Assembly (NCBI RefSeq): GCF_013410355.1
Contig: NZ_JACCFI010000001.1
Coordinates: forward strand, 847,478-879,477
From: Agromyces hippuratus
GTDB taxonomy: Bacteria; Actinomycetota; Actinomycetes; Actinomycetales; Microbacteriaceae
Direction of reading: 5' to 3'
DNA length: 32,000 bases
Below are positions 1-8,820 of the stretch, in pieces. Every line of letters starts with the position of its first letter. Position 1 is the first letter of the stretch. The position numbers and the translations under genes were made by a program. The notes under the pieces were generated by a model. It saw only the letters and a program-made list of their open reading frames with translations. It did not search any database and was not told where the DNA came from.

Positions 1-1617
1 GGGCAGCCAGACCTTGCGGTCGAGCGCCTTCTCGATCTGCTCGCTGATGCGGAACTCGTCGAAGGAGTCGCGCTCACCGGCGTACGCCTCGACGCGCTCG
101 AGCAGGTCGGGTGCGACCGCGCGGAGGTACCGCTCGATGGTCTGGCGCGCTTCGTCGCCCTCGATGACCATCTTCTGGAAGTCCTCGTTGAAGACGTCGC
201 GCACGATCTTGATGAGCAGGTCGGGCTCGGAGTGCAGCAGCGCGGGCGCCTGCACCTTCTCGAGCTGGGTCGAGATGTCGGCCCACTGCGCGATGAGGCG
301 GTTCACGTCGAGCGTGAGCTGCTCTTCGGTGGCGCCTTCGGCCGCGGTGCGCACGATGACGCCCTGGTTGTCGGGCAGCACCTCTTTGAGGATCTTCTTC
401 AGGCGCGCACGCTCGGTGTCGGGGAGCTTGCGGCTGATGCCGTTCATCGAGCCGTTGGGCACGTACACGAGGTAGCGGCCGGGCAGCGAGACCTGGCTCG
501 TGAGGCGGGCGCCCTTGTGGCCCACCGGGTCCTTCGTGACCTGCACGAGCACCCGGTCGCCCGGCTTCAGTGCGAGTTCGATGCGGCGGGGCTGGTTCTT
601 CTCGCCGTTCTCGGCGGCGGCCTCCCAGTCGACCTCGCCCGAGTACAGCACGGCGTTGCGACCGCGGCCGATGTCGACGAACGCGGCCTCCATGCTCGGC
701 AGCACGTTCTGCACGCGCCCGAGGTAGACGTTGCCGATGAGCGATGCGTCCTGATTGCGCGCGACGTAGTGCTCGACGAGCACGCCGTCTTCGAGCACGC
801 CGATCTGGATGCGGCCGCCCTTCTCGCGCACGACCATCGAACGGTCGACCGACTCGCGGCGGGCGAGGAACTCGGCCTCGGTGATCACCGCGCGGCGACG
901 GCCGGCGTCGCGCCCGTCGCGGCGGCGCTGCTTCTTCGCCTCGAGCCGGGTCGAGCCCTTGACCTTCTGCGGCTCGGTGATGAGCTCGACCTCGCGGGGC
1001 TTGCGCACCTTGACGACCGTGTTGGCGGGCTCGTCGGTGTTGGCACGCCCCTCTTCGCCGCTGCGACGGCGCGTGCGCCGGCGTACGGTCGACGACTCGT
1101 CGTCGTCGCGGTCGCGAGCGGCGCGGTCGTCACGTGCCTGCTCGCGGCCACCGCGGTCGCCGCGTTCGTCACGGCCGCCGCGTTCGTCGCGCTCGGGCCG
1201 GTCGAAGCCCACGAGCACGGGCGGCGCGTGGAAGATCAGCGACGTGGTCGTGAGGGTCGCGGGGATCGGCGAGACCTCGACGGCCTCGACCGCCGGTTCG
1301 GCGACGACCTCGACGGTCGCAGCGGATGCCTCGGCACCCGTCGCCGCGACCGGGTCGACGTCGGAGGTCGCGGGCGTGGTCGCTGCGGCAGCGTCGACGC
1401 GCGGAGCGTCGGCCTTCGCGGGAGCGACCGGCGCCGCGGCATCCGTCGCTGCACTCTCGACCGCCGGCGCGACCGGAGTCTCGACCGCGGGCGTCACCTG
1501 CGTGTCGACCGCCTTCGCGCGGCTCGCGCGTCGAGCGCCGAAGAGGCCGCCGCGACGTCGGGTCGGGCCGTTGCCGGCCTCGGGTTCGTTCGTGTTCTTC
1601 TCGTTGCCTTCCACCAT
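1..1617 (-). CDS. rne: Ribonuclease E/G family endoribonuclease, N-terminal 539 codons (3' end lies beyond the window start)
   Basis: Not in the ORF track (no stop in window). My reverse-complement translation from ATG at 1617-1615 reads MVEGNEKNTNEPEAGNG... It continues through an Arg/Asp/Glu-rich low-complexity stretch (RDERGGRDERGDRGGRE). S1-domain and catalytic-core motifs follow: GNVYLGRVQNVLPSMEAAFVDIGRGRNAVLY, VTKDPVGHKGARLTSQVSLPGRYLVYVP, GVIVRTAAEGA. The frame stays open to base 1. AGGAG lies about 10 nt upstream of the ATG. Confidence 0.9.
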   Translation of the reverse strand, partial: MVEGNEKNTNEPEAGNGPTRRRGGLFGARRASRAKAVDTQVTPAVETPVAPAVESAATDAAAPVAPAKADAPRVDAAAATTPATSDVDPVAATGAEASAATVEVVAEPAVEAVEVSPIPATLTTTSLIFHAPPVLVGFDRPERDERGGRDERGDRGGREQARDDRAARDRDDDESSTVRRRTRRRSGEEGRANTDEPANTVVKVRKPREVELITEPQKVKGSTRLEAKKQRRRDGRDAGRRRAVITEAEFLARRESVDRSMVVREKGGRIQIGVLEDGVLVEHYVARNQDASLIGNVYLGRVQNVLPSMEAAFVDIGRGRNAVLYSGEVDWEAAAENGEKNQPRRIELALKPGDRVLVQVTKDPVGHKGARLTSQVSLPGRYLVYVPNGSMNGISRKLPDTERARLKKILKEVLPDNQGVIVRTAAEGATEEQLTLDVNRLIAQWADISTQLEKVQAPALLHSEPDLLIKIVRDVFNEDFQKMVIEGDEARQTIERYLRAVAPDLLERVEAYAGERDSFDEFRISEQIEKALDRKVWLP

Positions 1618-1838
1618 CTCTGGTGCACTCCTACGCCGGTTCCGACAGCCGCGCCGTCGTCCCGTACTCGTCTGGAGCGGCTCCGCGCTTGCGCCGAGCC
1701 GCCGAATCCTTCATTACTGCGACCGGCAGGTTGCCTGTGTCGCCACGTCTTGCGGTGCGTTCACCGCCCACTCGGATGCGCTGCATCCTCAAAGCCCTCA
1801 TTGGCGTCGCGCCGGGCGCGGCCCGGACGACTCCTTCG

Positions 1839-1847
1839 ATTATCGCA
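1839..1847 (-). promoter_or_regulatory. Candidate extended -10 promoter element (TGcGATAAT on minus strand) for rne, implying a ~215-nt 5' UTR
   Basis: The minus strand reads gCATGCGATAATCg. It is AT-rich in a GC-rich background and near-identical to the plus-strand element at 1877-1885. No transcript data. Confidence 0.4.
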
Positions 1848-1876
1848 TGCTCTCGCAGCTGGGAGCGGAATCGGCA

Positions 1877-1885
1877 TGCCATAAT
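1877..1885 (+). promoter_or_regulatory. Candidate extended -10 promoter element (TGcCATAAT) for the VKOR gene; spacing implies a leaderless mRNA
   Basis: TGcCATAAT ends 6 nt before the ATG at 1892, and there is no Shine-Dalgarno between them. Leaderless transcripts are common in Actinobacteria. Confidence 0.4.
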
Positions 1886-1891
1886 CCGAGC

Positions 1892-2518
1892 ATGCCGGAC
1901 TCGCCCACCCGTTCCCGACCCGTCGGCCTCGCCGTATTCCTGCTGATCGCCGGAGGTCTCGGCCTCCTCGCAGCGTTCGAGCTGTCGATCGAGAAGGTGC
2001 TCTCGCTCAGTGACCCGTCGCACATTCCCGGATGCAATGTCGGCGTGCTCGTCGGGTGCAGCACCAACCTCGCCTCGTGGCAGGGCGGGGTCTTCGGGTT
2101 CCCGAATCCGTTCATCGGACTGATGGCCTGGCCCGTGGTCATCACCATCGCCGTGGCCATCCTCGCCGGCGCGACGTTCGCACGCTGGTTCTGGGCGGCG
2201 TTCAACGTCGGCGTCGCCGGCGCGCTCGTGTTCGTCGGCTGGCTCATCTACCAGAGCATCTACGTGCTCGACGTGCTGTGCCCCTGGTGCATGCTCACGT
2301 GGGCGGTCACGATCCCGACGTTCTGGGCGCTCACGCTCTACAACCTCCGCGAGGGGCATATTCCCGCATCGGCACGCGTGCGCCGCATCGCGGGCGTCTG
2401 GTTCGGGTGGGTGCCGCTCATCACGGTCGTCTGCTACGCCGTGGTCGTGCTCCTCGCACAGGCGCAGATGGACGCGATCCCGCGCGTCATCCTCGACCTG
2501 AAGAACGCCTTCAGCTGA
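1892..2518 (+). CDS. Vitamin K epoxide reductase (VKOR) family membrane oxidoreductase (DsbB-analogous)
   Basis: This is the C-terminal 208 codons of track ORF 809..2518, starting at the in-frame ATG 1892: MPDSPTRSRPVGLAVFLLIAGG... Multiple hydrophobic helices are present. The loop Cys pair is GCNVGVLVGC and the active-site CxxC is CPWC, as in the VKOR family. The upstream part of the long ORF is antisense to rne and not credible. Confidence 0.85.
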   Translation: MPDSPTRSRPVGLAVFLLIAGGLGLLAAFELSIEKVLSLSDPSHIPGCNVGVLVGCSTNLASWQGGVFGFPNPFIGLMAWPVVITIAVAILAGATFARWFWAAFNVGVAGALVFVGWLIYQSIYVLDVLCPWCMLTWAVTIPTFWALTLYNLREGHIPASARVRRIAGVWFGWVPLITVVCYAVVVLLAQAQMDAIPRVILDLKNAFS

Positions 2519-2521
2519 GAC

Positions 2522-2566
2522 ACGGATGTCGCGGCGCCCGGGTGACCCGGGCGCCGCGACATCCGT
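2522..2566. terminator. Perfect 21-bp-stem hairpin between convergent VKOR and ndk genes (bidirectional terminator candidate, no U-tract)
   Basis: ACGGATGTCGCGGCGCCCGGG tga CCCGGGCGCCGCGACATCCGT. It starts 4 nt after the VKOR stop and ends 24 nt before the ndk stop. Confidence 0.7.
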
Positions 2567-2589
2567 TCAGCGGTTCGAAGCGCGACGCC

Positions 2590-3009
2590 TCAGAACCAGA
2601 GGGCGAGCTCGCGCTCGGCCGACTCGACCGAGTCCGAGCCGTGCACGAGGTTCTGCTGCACCTTCAGGCCCCAGTCGCGGCCGAAGTCGCCGCGGATCGT
2701 GCCGGGAGCCGCCGTCGTCGGGTCGGTCGTGCCGGCGAGCACGCGGAAGCCCTCGATGACGCGGTTGCCGGCGACGCGCATGGCCACGATGGCACCGGAC
2801 TCCATGAACTCGATGAGCGGCTCGTAGAAGGGCTTGCCCTCGTGCTCGGCGTAGTGGCGGGCGAGCAGCTCGCGGTCGGGCTGCACGAAGCGGATGTCGA
2901 CGAGGGAGTACCCCTTCGCCTCGATGCGGCGGAGGATCTCGCCGGTGAGGTTGCGTGCGACGCCGTCGGGCTTGACGAGCACGAGGGTCTCTTCGATGGG
3001 GCTGGTCAT
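2590..3009 (-). CDS. ndk: Nucleoside diphosphate kinase
   Basis: In-frame ATG at 3009 of track ORF 2590..3258 gives MTSPIEETLVLVKPDGVARNLTGEILRRIEAKGYSLV...NLVHGSDSVESAERELALWF. This is the canonical NDK signature including the active-site NxxHGSD. The ATG overlaps the upstream gene stop (ATGA). Confidence 0.95.
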   Translation of the reverse strand: MTSPIEETLVLVKPDGVARNLTGEILRRIEAKGYSLVDIRFVQPDRELLARHYAEHEGKPFYEPLIEFMESGAIVAMRVAGNRVIEGFRVLAGTTDPTTAAPGTIRGDFGRDWGLKVQQNLVHGSDSVESAERELALWF

Positions 3010-3485
3010 TGCTGTTCCTTCCATTGCGCGGCCGCTGCCGCTCGTTCTCGATCGATACGTGCGCCGGTCACCATGCAGTACCACCACATGCCGCCGAAGA
3101 GCGCGCCCACGACGAACATCGCGGGGTTGAGGAAGCCCGATGCGAGGATGAGCGCCTGGATCACCCAGCCGAGCGTGTACGCCCAGTTGAACCGCAGGAG
3201 CCCGATCGTCGCGATCAGGGCGAGGATGATGACGCCGCCGGCCGCGAGGGCGACCCATGACGGCAGGGAGCCCTCGACGCCGCCCTGGGCGAGCCCCCAG
3301 ATGACGAGTGCCGCGAGGAACACCACGATGACCTCGAAGCCGAGCACGATGGCGGCGAGGCTCTGGCGGATCGAACGCAGCGGCGCGACGGGCGCGTCAG
3401 CGGCCAGGTCGCCGGACGCCGCGGCCTCACCGGACGCCGCGGCCGCGGTGTCGTCGGGTTCGGGCATGGACGTCGAGTCGCTCAC
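3006..3485 (-). CDS. DUF4233-family small membrane protein (conserved folC-ndk neighbour in Actinobacteria)
   Basis: Track ORF 3006..3497. It has an Ala-rich N-terminus followed by 3-4 hydrophobic helices (LAAIVLGFEVIVVFLAALVIWGL...). Its position between folC and ndk matches the mycobacterial Rv2446c-type gene. I prefer the GTG at 3485, which has a GTGA overlap with the folC stop and GGGGG 5 nt upstream. ATG 3497 is the alternative. Confidence 0.75.
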   Translation of the reverse strand: MSDSTSMPEPDDTAAAASGEAAASGDLAADAPVAPLRSIRQSLAAIVLGFEVIVVFLAALVIWGLAQGGVEGSLPSWVALAAGGVIILALIATIGLLRFNWAYTLGWVIQALILASGFLNPAMFVVGALFGGMWWYCMVTGARIDRERAAAAAQWKEQQ

Positions 3486-4843
3486 GAGCGCCCCCATTCA
3501 CGGTCTGCGGCGATGGCGATGGCCTCGCCCACGAGCACGATCGAGCCGGTGACCACGACAGCGCGCTTCGGTGCTTCAGCCGCCCACTTCCGTGCGTCGT
3601 CGAGCGCGTCGAGCAGGTCGTCGTACTGGTACACCTTGTCCTCGTTGCTCCAGCCGACGGCGGCGAGGGCGAGCTCGTCGACGGGGATCGAGCGCTCCGA
3701 CGACGAGGTGGTGATGTTGAACCGCTCGACGGCACCGTCGAGCGCCGTGACGATGCCCTCCGCGTCCTTGTCGCGCAGCACGCCGACCACTGCGACGACC
3801 TCGTCGAAGTCGAAGTACTCGTCGAGGGCCGCGACGAGCGCGCGCGCTCCGTGCGGGTTGTGCGCGGCGTCGACGAGCACGGGCGGCTCGGTGCCGACCA
3901 TCTGCAGGCGCCCGGGCGAGGTCACCGCGCCGAGGCCCTGCTGCAGCACCTCGTCGGCCATGCGCATCGTGCCGGCGCCGAGGAACGACTCGACCGCGGC
4001 GATGGCCACGGCGGCGTTCTCGGCCTGATGGCGTCCGAAGAGCGGCAGCGCGAGATCGCGGTACTCCCCCGCGAGGCCCTTCACCGAGATGAGCTGGCCG
4101 CCGACGGCGACGCGGGAGTCGAGCACCGCGAATGCGCCGCCCTCGACGGCGAAGGTTCCGCCCCGCTCGGCCGTGACGTCGCGCAGCACCGTCAGCGCCT
4201 CGGGCGACTGGAACGCCGTGACGACGGCCGCCTCGGACTTGATGATGCCGGCCTTCGTGCGCGCGATCTGCTCGATCGTGGTGCCGAGCGCCGACTCGTG
4301 GTCGAGGTCGATCGGCGTGAACACGGCGACCTGACCGTCGGCCACGTTCGTCGAGTCCCACTCGCCGCCCATGCCGACCTCGAGCACGACGACGTCGACC
4401 GGGGCGTCGGCGAAGCACGCGAACGCGAGCGCCGTGAGCGTCTCGAAGAAGGTCAGCCGGGGCTTGCCGGCCGCTTCGAGCTCGGCGTCGACGATGGCGA
4501 TGAACGGCTCGATCTCCTCCCAGTTGCGGGCGACGGCCTCGTCGGAGACCGGCTCGCCGTCGATGAGGATGCGCTCGGTGAACCGCTCGAGGTGCGGGCT
4601 CGTCATGAGGCCGGTACGAAGGCCCCCAGCGCGCAGGATCGACTCGATCATGCGGCTCGTCGAGGTCTTGCCGTTCGTGCCGGAGATGTGGATCACGGGC
4701 GCGGCGCGATGCGGGTCGCCGAGGATCTCCACGGCGCGTCGCGTCGCGTCGAGCCGTCGCTCGGGGGCGGCTTCGCCGACCCGTTCGAGCAGGCTCCGGT
4801 ACACGGCGTCCGCCGCGTCGACGTAGTCGAGTTCGTCGGTCAT
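3482..4843 (-). CDS. folC: Bifunctional folylpolyglutamate synthase / dihydrofolate synthase
   Basis: 453-aa ORF with the Mur-ligase-type P-loop [17 protein letters not shown] and end-to-end FolC-like sequence. The start ATG overlaps the ileS stop (ATGA at 4840-4843). Confidence 0.92.
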   Translation of the reverse strand: MTDELDYVDAADAVYRSLLERVGEAAPERRLDATRRAVEILGDPHRAAPVIHISGTNGKTSTSRMIESILRAGGLRTGLMTSPHLERFTERILIDGEPVSDEAVARNWEEIEPFIAIVDAELEAAGKPRLTFFETLTALAFACFADAPVDVVVLEVGMGGEWDSTNVADGQVAVFTPIDLDHESALGTTIEQIARTKAGIIKSEAAVVTAFQSPEALTVLRDVTAERGGTFAVEGGAFAVLDSRVAVGGQLISVKGLAGEYRDLALPLFGRHQAENAAVAIAAVESFLGAGTMRMADEVLQQGLGAVTSPGRLQMVGTEPPVLVDAAHNPHGARALVAALDEYFDFDEVVAVVGVLRDKDAEGIVTALDGAVERFNITTSSSERSIPVDELALAAVGWSNEDKVYQYDDLLDALDDARKWAAEAPKRAVVVTGSIVLVGEAIAIAADREWGRS

Positions 4844-7800
4844 GCCTTCGCCACCTCCACGGCCAGTCGCGAGGACTCGCCGACCGTCTTCGCCTCGTCG
4901 TCGGGGTCTCCGGCGATCACGGTCAGTTCGGTCGCGAGCGTCTCGCCCGCGATGAGCTCGCGGTGCCGCTCGGCCGCCGCCGCCCCGGTCTCATCGAGCG
5001 TCAGCGTCAGGCGGATGCGGTCGCCGACCTCGAGGCCGGCTGCCTTGCGCGACTCCTGCACGGCGCGAACGACATCGCGCGCAAGACCCTCGGCCTCGAG
5101 CTCGGGGGTCGTCGCCGTGTCGAGGATGACGAAACCGCCGTCGGCGAGCAGCGCGAGCGCGCTCGATCCGTCGCCCGAGCCGCCCGCTTCGAGCACGAGG
5201 TCGTACTCCCCCGCCTCGAGCGCGATGCCGCCCGCGACGACGGTGTCGCCCTCGACGCTCCAGTCGCCCGAGCGGGCGGCCTGGATCGCCTGCTGCACGG
5301 TCTTGCCGAGCCGTGGCCCGGCGGCGCGCGCATTGACGGTGAGCCGCTTCGTGACCCCGAAGCGCTCGGCGCTCGAGGCGTCGAGCGTCACGAGGTCGAC
5401 GGCCTTGACGTTGAGCTCGTCGCGCAGGATCGCCTCGAACGGCGCGAGCGCCGCGGCATCCGTCGCGACGACCGTGAGGCGGGCGAGCGGGAGCCGGACC
5501 CGGCGACCCGACTGCTTGCGCAGCGAGAGCGCCGCAGAGCTGATCTCGCGCACCGAGTCCATCGCGGCGACGAGGTCGTGGTCGACCGGGAAGGCCGCGG
5601 CGTCGGGCCAGTCGGCCAGGTGCACGCTGCGCCCGCCGGTGAGGCCGCGCCAGATCTGCTCGGACACGAGCGGCAGCAGCGGAGCCGAGAGGCGCGTGAG
5701 CGTCTCGAGCACCGTGGAGAGCGTGTCGAACGCGTCGCTGCCCGAGCCGTCTTCACCGACGCCCGCCCAGAACCGGTCGCGCGAACGGCGCACGTACCAG
5801 TTCGTCAGCACGTCGCCGAAGTCGCGCAGCTTCGCCGCGGCGAGCGGCGAGTCGAAGGCCTCGAAGTCGGCGGTGACGTCGGTGACGAGCTCCCCGAGCT
5901 TCGCGAGCAGGTAACGGTCGAGCACGTCGGTCGAATCCGTGCGAGCGGATGCCTCGTAGCCGCCCTCGCGCGCCGAGTTGGCGTAGAGCGAGAAGAAGTA
6001 CCACGTGCTCCAGAGCGGCAGCATGAACTGCCGCACGCCCTCGCGGATGCCCTCTTCGGTGACGACGAGGTTGCCGCCGCGCAGCACCGAGCTCGACATC
6101 AGGAACCAGCGCATCGCGTCGGAGCCGTCGCGCTCGAAGACCTCGGAGACGTCGGGGTAGTTGCGCAGCGACTTCGACATCTTCTGGCCGTCGCTGCCCA
6201 GCACGATGCCGTGGCTCACGACGTTCGAGAAGGCGCGCCGGTCGAACAGCGCCGTCGAGAGCACGTGCATGACGTAGAACCAGCCGCGCGTCTGGCCGAT
6301 GTACTCGACGATGAAGTCGGCGGGGTTGTGGCTGTCGAACCACTCCTGGTTCTCGAACGGGTAGTGCACCTGCGCGAACGGCATCGAGCCCGAGTCGAAC
6401 CACACGTCGAAGATGTCGGGGATGCGGCGCATCATCGAACGGCCGGTGGGGTCGTCGGGGTTCGGTCGCACGAGGTCGTCGATGTAGGGGCGGTGCAGGT
6501 CGGGCTCGCCGTCGGGGTTCACCGGAAGGCGGCCGAAGTCGCGCTGCAGCTCCTCGAGCGAGCCGTAGACGTCGACGCGGGGATACTCGGGGTCGTCGCT
6601 CTTCCACACCGGGATCGGCGAGCCCCAGTAGCGGTTGCGGCTGATCGACCAGTCGCGGGCACCCGCGACCCACTTGCCGAACTGGCCGTCCTTGACGTTG
6701 TCGGGCACCCAGTTGATGTCTTGGTTGAGGTCGCCCATTCGGTCGCGGAACTCCGGCACGCGGATGAACCAGCTCGAGACGGCCTTGTAGATGAGGGGGT
6801 TCCGGCAGCGCCAGCAATGCGGGTACGAGTGCTCGTAGCTCGCCTGGCGGAGCAGGCGCCCCTCGGCCTTCAGCAGTTGGGTGAGCGGCTTGTTCGCGTC
6901 GCTCCACAGGAGCCCCGCGACATCCGTCACCGCCGGCAGGAAGCGGCCGCCCTCGTCGAGGGAGATGATCACCGGGATGCCCGCGGCCTCGGAGATCTTC
7001 TGGTCCTCTTCACCGTAGGCGGGCGCCTGGTGCACGATGCCGGTGCCGTCTTCGGTCGTGACGTAGTCGGCGACGAGGATGCGCCAGGCGTTCTGCAGGC
7101 CGTACTCCTCGACGTCGGCGTAGTAGTCGAAGAGCCGGTCGTAGGCCACGCCCTCGAGCTCGCTGCCGCGCACCGTGCGCGAGACCGCGGCGCGCGCGTC
7201 GTCGGCCGACTCGTAGCCGAGCTCCTTGGCGTAGTTGCCGACGAGGTCGATCGCGAGCAGGTACTCGCCGCCGAGCACCTCGGTGTCGGATGCCACGGCG
7301 CCCGAGACGGCGGTGCCGACCTCTTCGCGCAGCACGGTCGCATCGGGCGTGCCGTTCGGACCTGCGGGCACGACCGCGTACTCGATGTCGGGACCGACCG
7401 CGAGGGCGAAGTTCGTCGGCAGAGTCCACGGCGTGGTCGTCCAGGCGAGGGCGCGCACGGCCGTGAGCCCGAGCGACTCGGCCTTCGCGCCGACGAGGGG
7501 GAAGGTGACCGTGACCGTCTGGTCCTGACGCATCTTGTAGACGTCGTCGTCCATGCGCAGCTCGTGGTTCGAGAGCGGCGTCTGGTCGCGCCAGCAGTAC
7601 GGCAGCACGCGGTACCCCTCGTAGGCGAGGCCCTTCTCGTGCAGCGTCTTGAACGCCCAGATGACGCTCTCCATGAAGGTCACGTCGAGCGTCTTGTAGT
7701 CGTGCTCGAAGTCGACCCAGCGCGCCTGGCGGGTGACGTACTCCTGCCACTCCTTGGTGTAGCGGAGCACGGCGTCGCGAGCGGCCTGGTTGAAGGCCGC

Positions 7801-8157
7801 GATGCCCATCTCCTCGATCTCGCTCTTGTCGGTGATGCCGAGCTGGCGCTCGGCCTCGAGCTCGGCGGGCAGGCCGTGGGTGTCCCAGCCGAAGCGGCGA
7901 TGCACCTGCTTGCCGCGCATGGTCTGGAAGCGCGGGAAGAGGTCCTTCGCGTAGCCGGTCAGCAGGTGCCCGTAGTGGGGCAGGCCGTTGGCGAACGGTG
8001 GGCCGTCGTAGAAGACCCACTCGGGAGCGCCCTCGCGCTGGTCGATCGAGGCCTGGAACGTGCCGTCGGCCTTCCAGAAGGCCAGCACGTCGCGCTCGAC
8101 GGCGGGGAACTCGGGTGAGGGGGCGACACCGTGGTCGTCTGAGGTACGGGGGTACAC
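4840..8157 (-). CDS. ileS: Isoleucine--tRNA ligase (long, type 2 form)
   Basis: 1105-aa ORF with a GTG start. Class I signatures are present: [14 protein letters not shown] (HIGH) and KMSKSLRN (KMSKS), plus an IleRS-type editing-domain insertion. AAGGAG lies 5 nt upstream of the GTG. Confidence 0.95.
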   Translation of the reverse strand: MYPRTSDDHGVAPSPEFPAVERDVLAFWKADGTFQASIDQREGAPEWVFYDGPPFANGLPHYGHLLTGYAKDLFPRFQTMRGKQVHRRFGWDTHGLPAELEAERQLGITDKSEIEEMGIAAFNQAARDAVLRYTKEWQEYVTRQARWVDFEHDYKTLDVTFMESVIWAFKTLHEKGLAYEGYRVLPYCWRDQTPLSNHELRMDDDVYKMRQDQTVTVTFPLVGAKAESLGLTAVRALAWTTTPWTLPTNFALAVGPDIEYAVVPAGPNGTPDATVLREEVGTAVSGAVASDTEVLGGEYLLAIDLVGNYAKELGYESADDARAAVSRTVRGSELEGVAYDRLFDYYADVEEYGLQNAWRILVADYVTTEDGTGIVHQAPAYGEEDQKISEAAGIPVIISLDEGGRFLPAVTDVAGLLWSDANKPLTQLLKAEGRLLRQASYEHSYPHCWRCRNPLIYKAVSSWFIRVPEFRDRMGDLNQDINWVPDNVKDGQFGKWVAGARDWSISRNRYWGSPIPVWKSDDPEYPRVDVYGSLEELQRDFGRLPVNPDGEPDLHRPYIDDLVRPNPDDPTGRSMMRRIPDIFDVWFDSGSMPFAQVHYPFENQEWFDSHNPADFIVEYIGQTRGWFYVMHVLSTALFDRRAFSNVVSHGIVLGSDGQKMSKSLRNYPDVSEVFERDGSDAMRWFLMSSSVLRGGNLVVTEEGIREGVRQFMLPLWSTWYFFSLYANSAREGGYEASARTDSTDVLDRYLLAKLGELVTDVTADFEAFDSPLAAAKLRDFGDVLTNWYVRRSRDRFWAGVGEDGSGSDAFDTLSTVLETLTRLSAPLLPLVSEQIWRGLTGGRSVHLADWPDAAAFPVDHDLVAAMDSVREISSAALSLRKQSGRRVRLPLARLTVVATDAAALAPFEAILRDELNVKAVDLVTLDASSAERFGVTKRLTVNARAAGPRLGKTVQQAIQAARSGDWSVEGDTVVAGGIALEAGEYDLVLEAGGSGDGSSALALLADGGFVILDTATTPELEAEGLARDVVRAVQESRKAAGLEVGDRIRLTLTLDETGAAAAERHRELIAGETLATELTVIAGDPDDEAKTVGESSRLAVEVAKA

Positions 8158-8160
8158 GCT

Positions 8161-8345
8161 CGCTCCTTGCGGGGACGGATGCTCTCACGAGGACGCCGGT
8201 GCTCGATCGAGCGCCGCCGCGGTACCACCTCGCTTGCGAATCGCGTCTTGCGACCGACTCGCCCCTCATTGCCGGCGGTGACGGGCCGAACCGTTCGGTT
8301 CTACTGCCGAGCGGATGCCGCGTGGCGCCCGCCTGGGTTCTTCCG
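8161..8345 (-). promoter_or_regulatory. T-box riboswitch leader of ileS (tRNA-Ile sensing)
   Basis: The minus strand contains the conserved T-box sequence AGGUGGUACCGCG (plus coordinates 8218-8230). It folds into the canonical antiterminator/antisequestrator (plus coordinates 8208-8232). That fold has helix CGAG/CUCG, a 7-nt bulge GUGGUAC (UGGU can pair with the tRNA 3' ACCA end), and an inner CGC-GGCG-GCG hairpin. An AUC Ile triplet sits at 8314-8316 in the loop of a short upstream hairpin. SD AAGGAG is at 8163-8168. Confidence 0.8.
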
Positions 8346-8389
8346 AAGACTCCCCGGTGATAGCCGGATCAACATCGTTGCCGTCAAGA

Positions 8390-8785
8390 CTACCGCGTCG
8401 GCATGGGACGCAGCACGCCAGAGGCACGGGGCGCCGAGCGGTACGCCTCGCTGACGAGCGCCAACAGGGCGGCCTCGGGCAGTTCGTGGTTCTTCGCCTC
8501 GTCGACGAGGTCGTACACGGCGCCCGCGAGCGCGGCATGCCCGCCGATGCGCACGGCGACGACGGCACCCCGGCCGCGATGGAGCTCGATGAGGCGCTCG
8601 TCGCGCAGCCGGTGATATGCGCGGAGCACCGTGTGCACGTTGACGCCGAGCGAGTCGGCGAGTTCGCGAGCTGCGGGCAGGCGCTCGCCGCCCGAGAGCC
8701 GACCGTCGATGATGGACGCGCGCAGGCCCGAGGCGAGCTGCTCGAAGAGCGGTGCGTCGAGGGTGGGGTCGAGGCGGATCAGCAT
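8390..8785 (-). CDS. GntR family transcriptional regulator, short YtrA-like subfamily
   Basis: Track ORF 8390..8791 begins at a TTG. I prefer ATG 8785, giving MLIRLDPTLDAPLFEQLASGLRASIIDGRLSGGERLPAARELADSLGVNVHTVLRAYHRLRDERLIELHRGRGAVV. This is a typical GntR winged-HTH with only a short C-terminal extension. Confidence 0.88.
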   Translation of the reverse strand: MLIRLDPTLDAPLFEQLASGLRASIIDGRLSGGERLPAARELADSLGVNVHTVLRAYHRLRDERLIELHRGRGAVVAVRIGGHAALAGAVYDLVDEAKNHELPEAALLALVSEAYRSAPRASGVLRPMPTR

Positions 8786-8791
8786 GTTCAA

Positions 8792-8820
8792 AGTTTATTG
8801 TTCTAGTGATAGTCGAACAA
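8792..8820. promoter_or_regulatory. Divergent promoter/operator region: -10 TAAACT (minus, GntR, leaderless spacing), -10 TATTGT (plus, ABC operon), inverted repeat TTGTTC-N11-GAACAA
   Basis: This is the only strongly AT-rich island in this part of the window. Minus-strand TAAACT (8792-8797) ends 6 nt before the ATG at 8785. Plus-strand TATTGT lies at 8796-8801. The palindrome arms are 8798-8803 and 8815-8820. Confidence 0.45.

Noticed and set aside
850-1617. Repetitive Arg/Asp/Glu/Ala-rich coding region at the 5' end of rne (RDERGGRDERGDRGG, Ala/Pro/Val-rich tracts), considered as a possible tandem DNA repeat or foreign insertion.
   Set aside because: It is in frame with the RNase E catalytic core, and disordered N-terminal extensions are typical of actinobacterial RNase E. 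The nucleotide-level repeats are short and imperfect.
4963-8118. 1051-aa ORF on the plus strand, opposite ileS. Similar giant ORFs: 12584..16009 (-), 5753..6907 (-), 7010..8269 (-), 232..1884 (+), 8855..10552 (+), 9672..10658 (-), 10492..11664 (-), 12649..14124 (+), 14248..17229 (+, upstream part), 19130..20722 (-), 22054..23061 (-), 23411..24715 (+), 24877..26034 (-), 26595..27599 (+), 27434..29920 (-), 27952..29448 (+), 29788..30813 (-).
   Set aside because: These are shadow or off-frame ORFs expected in ~70% GC DNA, where stop codons are rare. Their products are Arg/Ala/Gly/Pro/Asp-rich low-complexity strings with no motifs. The overlapping frame or opposite strand carries unmistakable family signatures instead (HIGH/KMSKS, Walker A/B, TPP motif and others).
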